A stretch of DNA of 64,000 nucleotides from an uncultured Verrucomicrobiae bacterium (GCA_963815455.1 CAWFGO010000002.1:256001-320000), one strand, 5' to 3'. Counted from the stretch's first letter, positions 1 through 11,277 are shown. Program-made: numbers and translations. Notes: generated by a model not told the origin, from the sequence alone.

Positions 1-3000
1 CCGGAATCGACGTGCCGACTTGCGATTTCACGATGGCAACATCTGACGCGTTGATCGTGCCGTTGGCGTTGACATCGTTCCGGAAATTCGAACCCGTCAC
101 GCCTTGGCCTAATTGTGCTTTGGTCTGGCTCACATCGGAGGCGTTCACCGTGCCGTTGCCGCTGGTATCGCCCACCAAAATACTCATTTGCACGTTCACA
201 TCACCGGTAGTGGTGCCGTCGCTTACTCCGGATAAAGTGACCGTGATGGTTTGCGCATTGGTTACACCCGTTAGGCTAACGCTCACCGCATTCGTTCCGT
301 TCCCGCCACTACCGCTGACTGACCCCGCACCGGCAGTGACCGCTGCGTTGGTGAAAGTGACGGAAGTGAGGAACGTAAAGACAATCTGGTAATCATTAGT
401 CCCGCCGCCGCTGCGGCATTCGATACCGGAACTACCAGCGAGCGGAAGGTCAATGTCGTGTGGAGTTCCGAGGTGCAGTTTTCTCGAGACAACCTGCGAA
501 GGCGCGGGGGGCAATGTGATAAAGGCACTCCGCACGGATTCCGTGATACTTCCCGAGCCGTTTTCGTTTCCGCCATAATAGCCGCGAGCACGGATGTAAA
601 TGTTCTGTCCGGTCGGAAGATTTAAACCGGTCAGGGTCCAATTGCTCCCATTCGCCATGCCGTTGCCTAGAGCGGTGTAGTTCACATTGTCCGGCGAATA
701 CTCAAAGGTAACACGCGTGAACTGCGGGCTCGACCCGCCGCGGATCCAAGCGATGCTGGTTTGCATCACGTTCAGATTCTGTAGCGCGGCAGATTCATTA
801 CTCAAGCGAGCGAAAATACTTCGAGGCTGTCCGCCGATGCTCGTGAAGTTGCCACCCGTCAAAATCTTTCCGTCCGCTTGCACGGCCACTGCATTAACCT
901 GATTATTCGCGTTTGGGTTTAACGAATCAGCCGCGCCAGTAACGGCATCGAGGCGAGCGATGTGATTGCGCGCCTGACCGGTCATGGCGGTAAAAGCACC
1001 TCCCGCTAAAATCCTACCATCCGCCTGTAGCGCGATTGAAAGGACATAATCGCTCGCGGTTGGGTTGAACGAATCGGCCAACCCAGCGGTGGCATCAAGC
1101 CGCGCCAGGTAACTGCGTAGCTCGCCACCAATGATGAAGAACTTGCCTGCGGCTAGAATCTTGCCGTCTGGCTGCACGATGATTGAAAAGACCCAGTCGT
1201 TGGCATCAGGATTGAACGAATCAGCCTCGGCAGTAACACCATCAAGCCGAGCGATACGATTCCGCGGCTGTCCGCCGATGATGGTGAAAAGGCCGCCGGC
1301 AAGAATCTTGCCGTCCCCCTGCACGGCGATAGTCCAAACCCAATCGTTCGCGTTCGGGTCGAAAGAATCGGCCAAGCCAGTCGCAGCATCGAGCCGGGCG
1401 ATGAAACGGCGCGTCTGTCCGCCTATGCTGGTGAACTCTCCGCCCGCTAGAATCTTGCCGTCCGGCTGCAGGGCGATTGAACGGATCTCATCGTTCGGGT
1501 TCGGGTCGAACAAATCAGCCAGGCCGGTGGTGGCATCGAGCCGAGCGATTCGATTGCGCGGCTGTCCGCCGATGATGGTGAAACAACAACCGCCCACGAC
1601 AATCTTGCCATCCGGCTGCACCGCGATCGAATTGACCCAACCGTTCGCGTTCGGGTTGAAAGCAATGTCAACTGTACCGTCCCTATTCAGTCGAGCGATG
1701 TTGTTGCGCGCGACGCCCAACACGCTCGTAAAGCCGCCGCCGATAAGAACCTTGCCGTCAGGCTGAACGGCGATTGCGGCAAAATAGCCGCCGTTGATGA
1801 TGTTAACATTAAGCGTTTGATCCAGCCGGCCGTCGATTTCCAGCCGAGCGATTCGATTGCGACTTACCATCGCTCCCCCATTTGGCGCGAGTGTGGTGTA
1901 ATCACCTCCCACTAAAATCTTGCCGTCTGCCTGCACCGCGATTGAATAGACCCTGCTGCCGGCACTCGGGTCGAACGCATCAGGCAGGCCGGTCACGGCA
2001 TCGAGCCGGGCAATGCGGATGCGGGACTCTCCGCCGACCATGAAGAAATCGCCCCCCGCCAGAATTTTCCCATCGGCTTGCACCGCAATTGAAAGAACAC
2101 GTTGGTCCGCATTCGGGTCAAACGAATCAGCCAAGCCGGTGGTGGGGTCGAGCCTGGCGATATGATTGCGTGCTTGTCCACCAATGCTGGCGAAAAAGCC
2201 GCCCGCTAAAATTTTGTCATCCGCCTGCCTGGCAATCGCAAAGACCGAACTGTTAGCATTCGGATCGAACGAATCAGCCGATCCGGTCAGGGCATCGAGC
2301 CTGGCGATGTAGTTGCGTATTTGTCCACCGATGACCGTGAACTCGCCGCCTGCCAAAATCTTGCCATCCCGCTGGATCATAATTGAAAAGACCCGCCCGT
2401 TCGCATTCGGGTTGAATGCATCAGGGGATCCGGTCACTGCATCGAGTCTGGCAATGTAGTTGCGCTGCATTCCCCCGATGCCAGCCGGCCCATTGAACGC
2501 GCCGCCTGCCAGAATCTTGCCATCGGCCTGCAATGCGATCGCGAAAACAGTATCGCTTGCATCCGGATTGAAACCGGCGTCAAGCGTACCGTCCGGGTTT
2601 AGCCGGGCAATGCGGTTGCGCGGGATCGCCCCTGCCCTGTTCGGCGAGAACGCGGTAAAATCGCCCCCAATCAGAATTTTGCCATCGGTCTGCACCGCGA
2701 TTGCGCGGACAGTATCGTTGGTGCCTGCGTTGAAGGCGGCATCGAGCGTACCGTCCGGATTCAACCTGGCGATGTGATTGCGCGTAACCGCGACGCCGCC
2801 GTTAGGCGAGAGCGCGGTAAATGCGCCGCCAATCAGGGTCTTGCCATCCGGTTGAACGGCCACAACGCGAACCGCGCCATTTGCATTCGGATCGAAACCA
2901 TCGAGCGCCGATTGCCCGCACACCGCGGTCGCAGCGCTAGTCAGCACGGCAAGGCAAAACAGTGGCTGCAGGGCCCTCTTTGTACCTGTGGCTATTACTC

Positions 3001-3013
3001 TCGTAGACGTAGA
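1..3013 (-). CDS. Secreted delta-60-repeat (DUF5122-like) beta-propeller protein with C-terminal dockerin-like domain; 3' end runs off the window, start uncertain
   Basis: Manual minus-strand translation shows about 14 Q.DGKIL.GG.F repeats at roughly 147-bp period and a C-terminal GDTSGNGTVNASDVSQTK...DVNANGTINASDVAIVKSQ duplicated motif. Both ends are in the same frame, bounded by a TAG at 3014-3016; candidate GTG start at 2947. Confidence 0.8.
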
Positions 3014-3127
3014 CTACGATTTTTTCGAAACTCCGTCGATTCAATTCGCTCAGTAGGCTCCGCGCGCTCGATCCTTTTGCGCAATGAAAAATCTGTTGCC
3101 TAACGCAAAGTGTAATTTTGTAATTTC

Positions 3128-4489
3128 CTAGGGCGAAAGAAACCGTATCCGATAAAATGCTTTGTCCAGCGCGATCGCGTTCGGATCCGGGACTGATTCG
3201 ATATCGTTGTCACTGGCGATGAAATCGTTGACGCCTGAAATGCTGTGCCAATCGGGATCGGTGATGTCGAGCTTGCGTTCGAGCCGGTACATTTTGCCGC
3301 TTACCACCTCGGCGCTGACAACGATGTCGTTACCATTCTGCGTAATCGATGTCGAGCCAATGAGTCCGCCATTGTATTCGAATGCACCAATGTCGTTGCG
3401 TCCGTTCCGAAAATAGCCGCGCTGATCACGCGCTGACGCAATCGCAATATTGCCGCCATCGACGGCAGGACTTTCGGGCAAAAGTGCAATCGTTTTCGTG
3501 GCACCACCGTTGTCCTGCAGTCCCGCAGGATCAAGCTTCAGGTCAGTGCTATGGCTATCTGTCGCGGAATTGAGCCAACCGTTACTGTCTCCATAGCTGA
3601 GATTATACCCGTCCGAAACAACCCCTCCGCCACTCGCCAGAGCATCGACATCGGCCAGAATTGTGTGTCCGATACGAAGGGAGCCGGTGTAGTGCCAGAT
3701 GTCATTTCCGCTACCTGCGTTATTTCCGCTCAGTGTGCAGCTTGCGATCGTCAGCGGCGCGTTGCCGTTGAAACCATTCTCCACAAAGCCGCCGCCATAG
3801 TAACTCGCGAAATTGTTACAGATGGTGCTGTTGGTAACAATCAGATTAGTAAGCCCGGTATTCACGGAGCCAAAATTATAGATGCCGCCGCCATAGTAAT
3901 TGGCGGTGTTCTGATAAATCGTGCTCTCGCTAACGAGTGATGTTGTAGTTCCAGTCGCTCCGTAGTTAAACAGGCCGCCGCCCTGAATGGCAAAATTCCC
4001 CGTAAGAGTGCAACGCTTTAAGCCAAGATTGCCCCGGTAATTCAAAATTCCGCCGCCGCCGCCGGTTATCACGAGCGTTCCGTCAACGTATCCATTGCTG
4101 ACCGTTAGTCCTGAAATCGTGACGTTAGCGTCCTCGCCAATACAAAGAATGCGAAACTTGGCAGCACTGGTACGTCGCACAACTGCCCCCCGGCCAGTGA
4201 TGCTCAGAGACCTCCCTCCATCTGGCCCGATTACCGGAAGTCCATTTTGTCCATTTTGCGAGTTATCGATCGCAGTAAGAACATAAGATCCATTCTCGGC
4301 TAGCTGAATGATGTCGTCCTCGCCGTTGCTGTTCGCCGTGATAATGGCGTTCTTTAACCCATCGACGTCTCCATCCGAAACAGTGAAAGTCGCGCTCCGC
4401 GTCGATTCAGTAAACACCCCACAGCTGAAAGCGATCAGCACCAATATTGCCCGAGAGGCGAAGGCACAAGGCGTAAAAGGACAGTGCAT
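3128..4489 (-). CDS. Secreted beta-helix protein with choice-of-anchor Q-like domain
   Basis: Signal peptide; GGG(I/L).N repeats; LQDNGGATKTIALLPESPAVDGG...DQRG...DIGAFE motif; C-terminal AFYRIR tail. Confidence 0.75.
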   Translation of the reverse strand: MHCPFTPCAFASRAILVLIAFSCGVFTESTRSATFTVSDGDVDGLKNAIITANSNGEDDIIQLAENGSYVLTAIDNSQNGQNGLPVIGPDGGRSLSITGRGAVVRRTSAAKFRILCIGEDANVTISGLTVSNGYVDGTLVITGGGGGILNYRGNLGLKRCTLTGNFAIQGGGLFNYGATGTTTSLVSESTIYQNTANYYGGGIYNFGSVNTGLTNLIVTNSTICNNFASYYGGGFVENGFNGNAPLTIASCTLSGNNAGSGNDIWHYTGSLRIGHTILADVDALASGGGVVSDGYNLSYGDSNGWLNSATDSHSTDLKLDPAGLQDNGGATKTIALLPESPAVDGGNIAIASARDQRGYFRNGRNDIGAFEYNGGLIGSTSITQNGNDIVVSAEVVSGKMYRLERKLDITDPDWHSISGVNDFIASDNDIESVPDPNAIALDKAFYRIRFLSP

Positions 4490-4586
4490 GAAGGTAGAAA
4501 AAGCAGGGGAATTTCTAACGATCTTAGTAAAAGGCCGGAAGATTTACCATGGTATTCAACCAGGTCAAGCACTCCACTCTACTGGT

Positions 4587-5576
4587 TCAATATCGCCCGG
4601 CGCGCTCGAGCAGTGGCTGCCACCAGCGCGGATTGTCGATGTACCACTGAATTGTTTCGGCGAGGCCTTCGGTGAAGCCTTTGCGCGGTTTCCATTTCAA
4701 TTCCTTTTGCGCAAACGACGAATCGATCGCGTAGCGGCGATCGTGGCCGAGACGATCGGTTACGAACGAAATCAAGCTCTCGGGTTTGCCGAGCTGTTTC
4801 AGGATCATTTTCACCAGATCGATGTTCACCATCTCGCTGTTCCCGCCAAAATTATAAACTGCGCCCGGTTTGCCTTCGAAAAGCACGGTGACAATTCCGG
4901 CGCAGTGATCGTCCACATGGATCCAATCGCGCACGTTCTTTCCGTCGCCGTAGACCGGCAGCGGCTCGTCGCGCAATGCCTTGATGATCATCAGCGGAAT
5001 CAATTTCTCGGGAAACTGGTATCGGCCGTAGTTATTCGAGCAACGGGTGACGATCACTTCCTGCCCATAAGTTTTGTGATAGCCGAGCGCGAGCAGATCG
5101 GCGCCGGCTTTGCTCGCAGAATAAGGCGAACTCGGGTCGAGTGGGCTTTGTTCGGTAAATTTCCCGGTCTTGCCCAGGGAGCCGTAAACTTCATCGGTCG
5201 AAACCTGTATGAATCGCTGGACGCCGTGTCGACGCGCAGCGTCGAGCAATACGCTGGTGCCAACCACATTGGTGTGAATAAAATTGAGCGGATCGTTAAT
5301 GCTCCGATCGACATGCGACTCGGCGGCAAAATTGATCACGGCATAAAACTGGTGCTCGGTCATGAGCGCGTCCATTTGATCGGCGTCGGCGATGTCGGCT
5401 TTGAAAAATTCGTAGCGCTCGCCATGTTCCTCGACCACGCCATCCAAATTGGCCAGATTACCTGCGTAAGTGAGGATATCGACGTTGGTCAAATACGCCG
5501 GCTTGTAATGTTGCAGAATATACCGAATAAAGTTGCTCCCGATGAATCCACAGCCACCGGTCACCAATATGCGCAC
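4587..5576 (-). CDS. rfbB: dTDP-glucose 4,6-dehydratase
   Basis: ILVTGGCGFIGSNF, AAESHVDRSI, STDEVYG, YSASKA, GHDRRYA motifs; GTG start at 5576. Confidence 0.95.
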   Translation of the reverse strand: MRILVTGGCGFIGSNFIRYILQHYKPAYLTNVDILTYAGNLANLDGVVEEHGERYEFFKADIADADQMDALMTEHQFYAVINFAAESHVDRSINDPLNFIHTNVVGTSVLLDAARRHGVQRFIQVSTDEVYGSLGKTGKFTEQSPLDPSSPYSASKAGADLLALGYHKTYGQEVIVTRCSNNYGRYQFPEKLIPLMIIKALRDEPLPVYGDGKNVRDWIHVDDHCAGIVTVLFEGKPGAVYNFGGNSEMVNIDLVKMILKQLGKPESLISFVTDRLGHDRRYAIDSSFAQKELKWKPRKGFTEGLAETIQWYIDNPRWWQPLLERAGRY

Positions 5577-5692
5577 AGTGCCAGATAACAGCGGCGCGGC
5601 AGGCGTCAAGCATCAGCCCTCACACGAAGGGCACAAAGGGGACAAAGGTTCACAGCGGATGAATTATCACACGCCGCTTGTGCGGTTTGTCC

Positions 5693-5821
5693 GGGGAGCG
5701 CACGCGCCTCGCGTGCTGGTTTCGGCGCCCTCGCCGAAACTCTTCAAGAAAACAATGCATCCGACAAAAGTTCCCGATCGCGAGGGCGCGATCGCCAGCA
5801 CGCGAGGCGCGTGCGCTCCCC
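5693..5821. repeat. Long palindromic intergenic element with 27-bp perfect terminal inverted repeat
   Basis: GGGGAGCGCACGCGCCTCGCGTGCTGG (5693-5719) pairs with 5795-5821; internal short hairpins. Confidence 0.85.
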
Positions 5822-5837
5822 CATTGTGAGAGAAATT

Positions 5838-7421
5838 TTGACAACCGAAGCGAAACAGGAAGAAAGCGCGCTAGCGAATTTTCCGATGCTGCGCGATCAG
5901 CTCGGCGCGATCAAGGCGCGGCTGGCTGAGACCGGCTGGGTACCGTGGTTGATTCTCGCGGTCGCAATCTTTCTGCGTTTTTTTCTGCTCGACATTAAAC
6001 CGCCGCATTTCGACGAAGGGATAAACGGCTGGTTTGTCGATGCTCACATCATCAAGGACGGTTTCTACAAATACGACCCGACCAATTATCACGGTCCCCT
6101 GCATTTTTACGTTCTCTTTCTGTCCGAAACGTTATTCGGTCGGAGTCTGTGGGCGCTGCGACTGCCAGTGGTGCTGGTGAGTATCGTCTGCGTCTGGCTC
6201 TGCTTGAGATTCGAGCCGCTGGTTGGTCGAACGGCTAGCCGATTCGCCGCCATGGCCATGGCCGTTTCGCCCGGCTTTGTTTTCTACGGGCGCTACTCGA
6301 TCCATGAAGTCTGGCTCGTGCTTTTCTCGATGATGTTCGTCCTCGGACTACTCGGTCTCTGGAAATTTGGGACGAACAAATACCTCTGGTCCGCCGGCAT
6401 CGGGGTGGCCGGCATGATCCTGACCAAGGAGACATACATCATCCACATCGGGTGCGCCGCGCTGGCGATCCCGGTCTTGATGGTATCCAATGCGCTCAAT
6501 CCGCTGCCCGACGCCAAGCGAGCCAGGCAAACCTGGAACTATCTCGATCTTGCCATGGTGATAGCAGTCGGCGCTGCCGCAATTGTATTCTTTTATTCTG
6601 GAACATTTTTCCACTGGAGCGGCCTGAAAGGTTTGTATAAGGCCTACGAAGCCTGGTTTGCCACCGGACAGGAAGGGCACGGTCATGAAAAACCGTGGTA
6701 TTACTGGGTCGCGAAGCTGATGGTCCGCTACGAGTGGCCTGCTCTAGCCGGACTCGCTCTTTGTTTATTCTGCCAGGGTTTCAAAAATCTAAGCGTGCGC
6801 TATCTCGCCATTTACGGCGTCGGCACCCTGGCTGCCTACAGCATTGTTCATTACAAGACGCCGTGGTGCATCATCAGCATTATCTGGCCGTTCCTGTTCA
6901 TGTTCGGCGCTGCGTTCTTGATTATTCCTCCAATCTATCGCCGGGCCGCAAATATCATCGCGGCAATTCTATTGTGCGTCTCACTGGGATTGTCGATCCG
7001 GCTCAATTATTTCCGGTGCACCACCGACACCGAGCCGTACGTTTACGTCCAGACCTATAACAGCATTCGTAAGTTCACAGAGCCGCTGCTGGAAATGGCC
7101 CGGCGTAATCCGGCCAATTACCATCTGTCCGGCTCGATCATCCGCGGCAGCTCGTATCCGCTGCCGTGGATTCTGGGTGATTTTACGCGGATCGGTTATT
7201 ACGAGCACGGAAATGCGCCGGCAAAACTGGACGCCGATTTTCTTCTGGTCGAGGAAAGCCGGATTGGCGAAGTGGAAGCGAAATTGCACGATTCCTATTT
7301 CACCGACACGCTGAAAATCCGCGCCTACCAGGACACGTCGAAGGCGTATTTCCGGGCCAGTGTTTTCAAAGATCTTTTCCCCGGCCGCACGCCCGAATTG
7401 AAAGGCAAGAAATCCGGCTAA
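5838..7421 (+). CDS. GT-C/PMT-like membrane glycosyltransferase (TIGR03663/Agl23-like)
   Basis: PHFDEGING, YDPTNYHGPL, TKET, HEKPWYY, YKTPW, YVYVQT, YPLPW motifs; many TM helices. Confidence 0.75.
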   Translation: MTTEAKQEESALANFPMLRDQLGAIKARLAETGWVPWLILAVAIFLRFFLLDIKPPHFDEGINGWFVDAHIIKDGFYKYDPTNYHGPLHFYVLFLSETLFGRSLWALRLPVVLVSIVCVWLCLRFEPLVGRTASRFAAMAMAVSPGFVFYGRYSIHEVWLVLFSMMFVLGLLGLWKFGTNKYLWSAGIGVAGMILTKETYIIHIGCAALAIPVLMVSNALNPLPDAKRARQTWNYLDLAMVIAVGAAAIVFFYSGTFFHWSGLKGLYKAYEAWFATGQEGHGHEKPWYYWVAKLMVRYEWPALAGLALCLFCQGFKNLSVRYLAIYGVGTLAAYSIVHYKTPWCIISIIWPFLFMFGAAFLIIPPIYRRAANIIAAILLCVSLGLSIRLNYFRCTTDTEPYVYVQTYNSIRKFTEPLLEMARRNPANYHLSGSIIRGSSYPLPWILGDFTRIGYYEHGNAPAKLDADFLLVEESRIGEVEAKLHDSYFTDTLKIRAYQDTSKAYFRASVFKDLFPGRTPELKGKKSG

Positions 7422-7435
7422 CGAACCGCTCGGCA

Positions 7436-9472
7436 ATGAAATGGCTCTCCGCGGGATTAACTTTCGTAAATCTCTCGACCGTTTTCGGCTTGATCCTGGG
7501 AATAATCGGGGACGGCTTGAGCGTGACCGTGGCAGTGACTTCTCTCGCTTTGGGCGGATTGATTGCAGCCGCGGCTTACATTCAAACATCCGATCCCGAG
7601 GCCAATAGCAGCGCCGGCGGAGCGCCTGACCCGCAACCTGCCAGGCAAGACGCTCGTCTTTCCAAGCGCGCACTGCGCCGGTTGCAAAAAGACTCACCGG
7701 AACCGCCGTCGACCGGCGTCTGGCGTTACAAAAATATTTCGCTCTGGCTGGTCGGAGCCTGTTTTTTCCTCTTCGCGGCCCGTTCGTTTTGCTGGTTAAT
7801 CTATGTCGACGGCAACGACCTCCGGGTTCAATCGCCCAACAACTTGGGCGATCTCGCGTTGCACATCACTTACATCAGAAATTTTGCCAGCGGCGTTCCC
7901 CTCTGGCCCGACAACCCGATTTACGTTTATAGCAAACTGCGATACCCAGCCGGCATTGACATCTTTAACGCGCTGCTCTGCAAAGCGAATGTCGATCTTA
8001 TTCCGGGCCTGATCTGGGTCGGACTACTCGCGTCGGTTGCAACCTGTTATGCGTTTTGGCGCTGGGGCGGCGCGTTCGGCATCGCCGCGTTTCTCTTCAA
8101 CGGCGGGTTGGCTGGGTTCGAGTTCTTGAAGAATTTCAAATTCGCCGATTACCAGGGCGGTCCGGCGATTGCCTGGAAAAGCATTCCGCTCACCATGTTC
8201 GTGACTCAGCGCGGTCTTCTTTACGCCATTCCCGCGGGACTGCTCCTCCTCTGGCATTGGCGCGAAAAATTCTTTTGCAATGCTGTAGCCGGGGGCGCCG
8301 ACCCCGGCCTCCCTATGGCGTCTTCAACCGGCGATATTGAGGGCAACCCGGCCGCGGTCAGCGCCCGCGGCTACAGTCCGCTGCCGTTTTGGCTCGAGTT
8401 ATCTCTCTACGCCTCGATGCCGCTCTTCCATTTCCACACCTTCCTTGCCCTTAGCATTGTTTTGTTCCTCTTGTTCGTTTTTGAATGTTCTTTGTTCGCT
8501 ATCGAGTTTGTTCGTAAGCGCGGTGTTACTGGAGCGCGTACTGCAGGCGACGCTCAAGCCAAACTGCCGATCAGCAAACATCTGCTGATTTTGGTTGGTT
8601 GCGCTTTGATTCCCGCGACCTTCTTTGTTTGGCTGATCACCGATCATTTTCACGCAGGCTCGGTGGTCGGCTGGGCGCCAGGCTGGGTCCAAGCGCTCAA
8701 AGGCGACGCGATGGCTCGTCCGTTCGTCTCATTTTGGTTCGTAAATTTCGGTCTGTGGCTTCCGCTCGTTCTGACATACGTCGGCTTGCTCTGCTGGCGA
8801 GTTTGGAAAACGGGCATCCCGAAAGAAATGCCGGAAGACCTCGCATTTGTCGGGTCGGCCGTGGCGATTTTTCTAATCACGTTCTTCTTCAAGCTGGCGC
8901 CATGGGGCTGGGATAACACCAAGCTGCTGATCTGGGCCTATTTCATCGTCCTGCCGTTCTTGTGGCGGGATCTGATCGCCGAATGGTCGGTTCCGGTGCG
9001 CGCGGCCATTTGCATCGCCCTCTTCGGTTCCGGATTCGTTAGTGTGACCGGCGGCCTTGCCGCGGGACGCCCCGGCTTTGGATTCGCCAATCGCCAGGAG
9101 CTGGACGCAGTGGGCGATGCGGTGCGGTCGCTGCCGGTCCAAGCGCGGTTTGCCGCGTTTCCGACCTACAATCATCCGCTCCTGCTGCAAGGTAGAAAAC
9201 TCGTGATGGGTTACCCGGGACATCTTTGGACACAAGGCTTCGACGATTACGCGGCCACGCAAAACGAGCTTCGCGAAGTCATGCAAGGTGGCCGCAACTG
9301 GCGAGAAACCGCGCATCGCCTGGGTGTTCGCTACATTTTTTGGGGACGCGAGGAGGAACTCAACTACCCCATGAGCGCGCGACCGTGGCAACGCACCGCC
9401 CTGCGGGTCAAATCGGGCAAAGACTGGGGCACGATCTACGATCTGGAGCCGATATCGGTGATCGGCGATTAG
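7436..9472 (+). CDS. Polytopic membrane protein, probable GT-C-fold glycosyltransferase
   Basis: 678 aa; multiple TM segments; GDLALH...P.NP...LRYP, TQRGLLY, WDNTK motifs; 14 bp downstream of the previous gene. Confidence 0.6.
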   Translation: MKWLSAGLTFVNLSTVFGLILGIIGDGLSVTVAVTSLALGGLIAAAAYIQTSDPEANSSAGGAPDPQPARQDARLSKRALRRLQKDSPEPPSTGVWRYKNISLWLVGACFFLFAARSFCWLIYVDGNDLRVQSPNNLGDLALHITYIRNFASGVPLWPDNPIYVYSKLRYPAGIDIFNALLCKANVDLIPGLIWVGLLASVATCYAFWRWGGAFGIAAFLFNGGLAGFEFLKNFKFADYQGGPAIAWKSIPLTMFVTQRGLLYAIPAGLLLLWHWREKFFCNAVAGGADPGLPMASSTGDIEGNPAAVSARGYSPLPFWLELSLYASMPLFHFHTFLALSIVLFLLFVFECSLFAIEFVRKRGVTGARTAGDAQAKLPISKHLLILVGCALIPATFFVWLITDHFHAGSVVGWAPGWVQALKGDAMARPFVSFWFVNFGLWLPLVLTYVGLLCWRVWKTGIPKEMPEDLAFVGSAVAIFLITFFFKLAPWGWDNTKLLIWAYFIVLPFLWRDLIAEWSVPVRAAICIALFGSGFVSVTGGLAAGRPGFGFANRQELDAVGDAVRSLPVQARFAAFPTYNHPLLLQGRKLVMGYPGHLWTQGFDDYAATQNELREVMQGGRNWRETAHRLGVRYIFWGREEELNYPMSARPWQRTALRVKSGKDWGTIYDLEPISVIGD

Positions 9473-9918
9473 CTGTTCGCTTTCGCTCTGCTCAAAACCA
9501 ATTCACCTTCGGCGACGCGTTTACCATCGATATCGGCGCTGACCCGGAATTGCAGGAGGTCGCCCATCTCGGCGATCTTCTCCGCGCGCAGGTTGATCCG
9601 TTGCTCCGGCCGGATCGCGTGAAAAAATTTCATGTTCCGGATCCCAGAGAGCAAGAAAAAGGGCGGCGAATCGATTGGGTGGGCGGATGCAGCAGCAATG
9701 CCCGCCGTTTGAGCGAGGGCTTCGGTCAGGATCACGCCCGGGACGAGCGGATTCCCGGGGAAGTGTCCGGCGAACATCGGATCGTCGGTTGGAAAAAACG
9801 TAACGCACTCTGCCGAATGGCCCGGCTCGCAGGTCACCAGTTCTCGGACAAAAACAAACGGCACCCGGTGCGGTAAGCAATCCAAATGATCAGCCCGCTT
9901 TTGCTCGTCACTGGTCAC
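9469..9918 (-). CDS. FabZ/FabA-family 3-hydroxyacyl-ACP dehydratase
   Basis: LPHR.PF.FV and FAGHFPGNPLVPGVILTEALAQ. Confidence 0.85.
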   Translation of the reverse strand: MTSDEQKRADHLDCLPHRVPFVFVRELVTCEPGHSAECVTFFPTDDPMFAGHFPGNPLVPGVILTEALAQTAGIAAASAHPIDSPPFFLLSGIRNMKFFHAIRPEQRINLRAEKIAEMGDLLQFRVSADIDGKRVAEGELVLSRAKANS

Positions 9919-9936
9919 TCGACACTCGTCACTTCC

Positions 9937-10437
9937 TCATGGCCCGTTTACGAAATAAGCGAACTTCCAGCTGCCGTTGATCCGGCGAATGCCGGCGCGG
10001 TAACCGTCGTAGTTCAGCGATTCCTCGGAGAATTGAACCGGCGCGACCATGTAGCCTTTATACTTAACGAATTTTTCCGAGAGAATGCCCTGCAACTCGG
10101 GCCAGAGTCCCTGTTCATCCCAGTATTGAAAAACACCAGGACCCTCCGCAGTGGCTTCAAGGCCTTCCATCTTAGGTTCCAACTTGTAACCAAAATCCGA
10201 GGTCATCATCGATTTGAGCGTGCCGATATCGTGGGCAGAGGCCGCCTTGCGCAGCCGGCCGATAAACGCCTGAAAATCGAGATCGGTATCTTCCTCGCGC
10301 AGCTTCGCTTTCGCCTTTTTGGTCAGCGCGGCTTTCTTGTCCTTTTCTCTTTTGGCAGCGCTCTTGCAACCGGTCAGGGCAATGGCCAACACAAGCAGAA
10401 TCGAAGCGATGATTCTCATCCAGCTACCTTGTGTCAC
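9937..10437 (-). CDS. Hypothetical lipoprotein
   Basis: Signal peptide with LTGC lipobox. Confidence 0.7.
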   Translation of the reverse strand: MTQGSWMRIIASILLVLAIALTGCKSAAKREKDKKAALTKKAKAKLREEDTDLDFQAFIGRLRKAASAHDIGTLKSMMTSDFGYKLEPKMEGLEATAEGPGVFQYWDEQGLWPELQGILSEKFVKYKGYMVAPVQFSEESLNYDGYRAGIRRINGSWKFAYFVNGP

Positions 10438-10452
10438 GTTTGTGATTTCGAT

Positions 10453-11247
10453 TCAAGAGCGACTTGCGGGCAGCGGCGATTGGCCACAATCGGTCCGAGC
10501 TGCGTCCGGTTGTCCGGTCGGGCGATGCTGATGCCTCCGAAACGGATGGGCCAGGAAAATAAAATAGATCGCGCTGAAGACATCGACAATCGAGGCAGCC
10601 GGGCTGGTCAGCCGCATCGGCCCGGTCCGGAGCGCATCGAATACATTTTCGGCGGTTAATTCACGTGGTCGCGGGATGCTGGTGTAATGCCGGCCGAAAG
10701 CGTGGAGCCGGTGGGCATCGGAGGTGGCGATCATTGGTTTGCCGTGAGTCCGTGCCACCTTTTTCGCCCGGCGATTCGGATTCAAAAGAGGGTTATGAAA
10801 ATGACATTGCTCGATCGCGTCGAAACAATCCATCTCGTCAAACAACCTGGACCCGATCGATCCTCCCAGAATGTAAAAGGGATGCGGCGCGATGGTGAAC
10901 ATCGACAGCCCGCGCCGGGCTCGCAGCCGTCGCAGATCGTCAAAATTCTTGAGCCAGGCGATTTCGTCTGGAGTCACGTTGAGCACAATCACGTCGGCGC
11001 CTTGCAGCCGCACTTCGGCCGCGGGAATCAGCAGGATTCCCATTTTCTCGGCATCGGCAAAAACTTCCGGTCGATCGAAGACCGCGTCGTGCAAAGTGAT
11101 GGCGAGCACCCCGAAGCCCAGGTCGCGGGCGCGTTCGAGCAATTGATACGCGGAATAATCGATCACGTCCTTGGGATCGTCGAGGGTGTGAATGTGCAAG
11201 TCGACCTTTATCCAATCTTCCGTTTTCTCTTTCATATTTCTGCTCAC
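10453..11247 (-). CDS. PHP-domain metal-dependent phosphoesterase
   Basis: DLHIHT, AITLHD, IAPHPF, TSDAH. Confidence 0.85.
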   Translation of the reverse strand: MSRNMKEKTEDWIKVDLHIHTLDDPKDVIDYSAYQLLERARDLGFGVLAITLHDAVFDRPEVFADAEKMGILLIPAAEVRLQGADVIVLNVTPDEIAWLKNFDDLRRLRARRGLSMFTIAPHPFYILGGSIGSRLFDEMDCFDAIEQCHFHNPLLNPNRRAKKVARTHGKPMIATSDAHRLHAFGRHYTSIPRPRELTAENVFDALRTGPMRLTSPAASIVDVFSAIYFIFLAHPFRRHQHRPTGQPDAARTDCGQSPLPASRS

Positions 11248-11277
11248 CTGTCCCGCCGTAGCCTTGGCGAAGGCGGA
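11247..11277. repeat. 30/31-bp CGTAGCC element (copies at 11247-11277, 11471-11501, 12707-12737, 18106-18135, 47750-47779)
   Basis: Shared core C(C/G)CGTAGCC..G.CG(A/G)AGGCGG across five copies. Confidence 0.85.

Noticed and set aside
4308..5588. Long antisense ORFs (here, and 12749-13702, 21403-22542, 59891-60805 and others)
   Set aside because: Shadow frames of recognisable genes on the opposite strand in GC-rich DNA.
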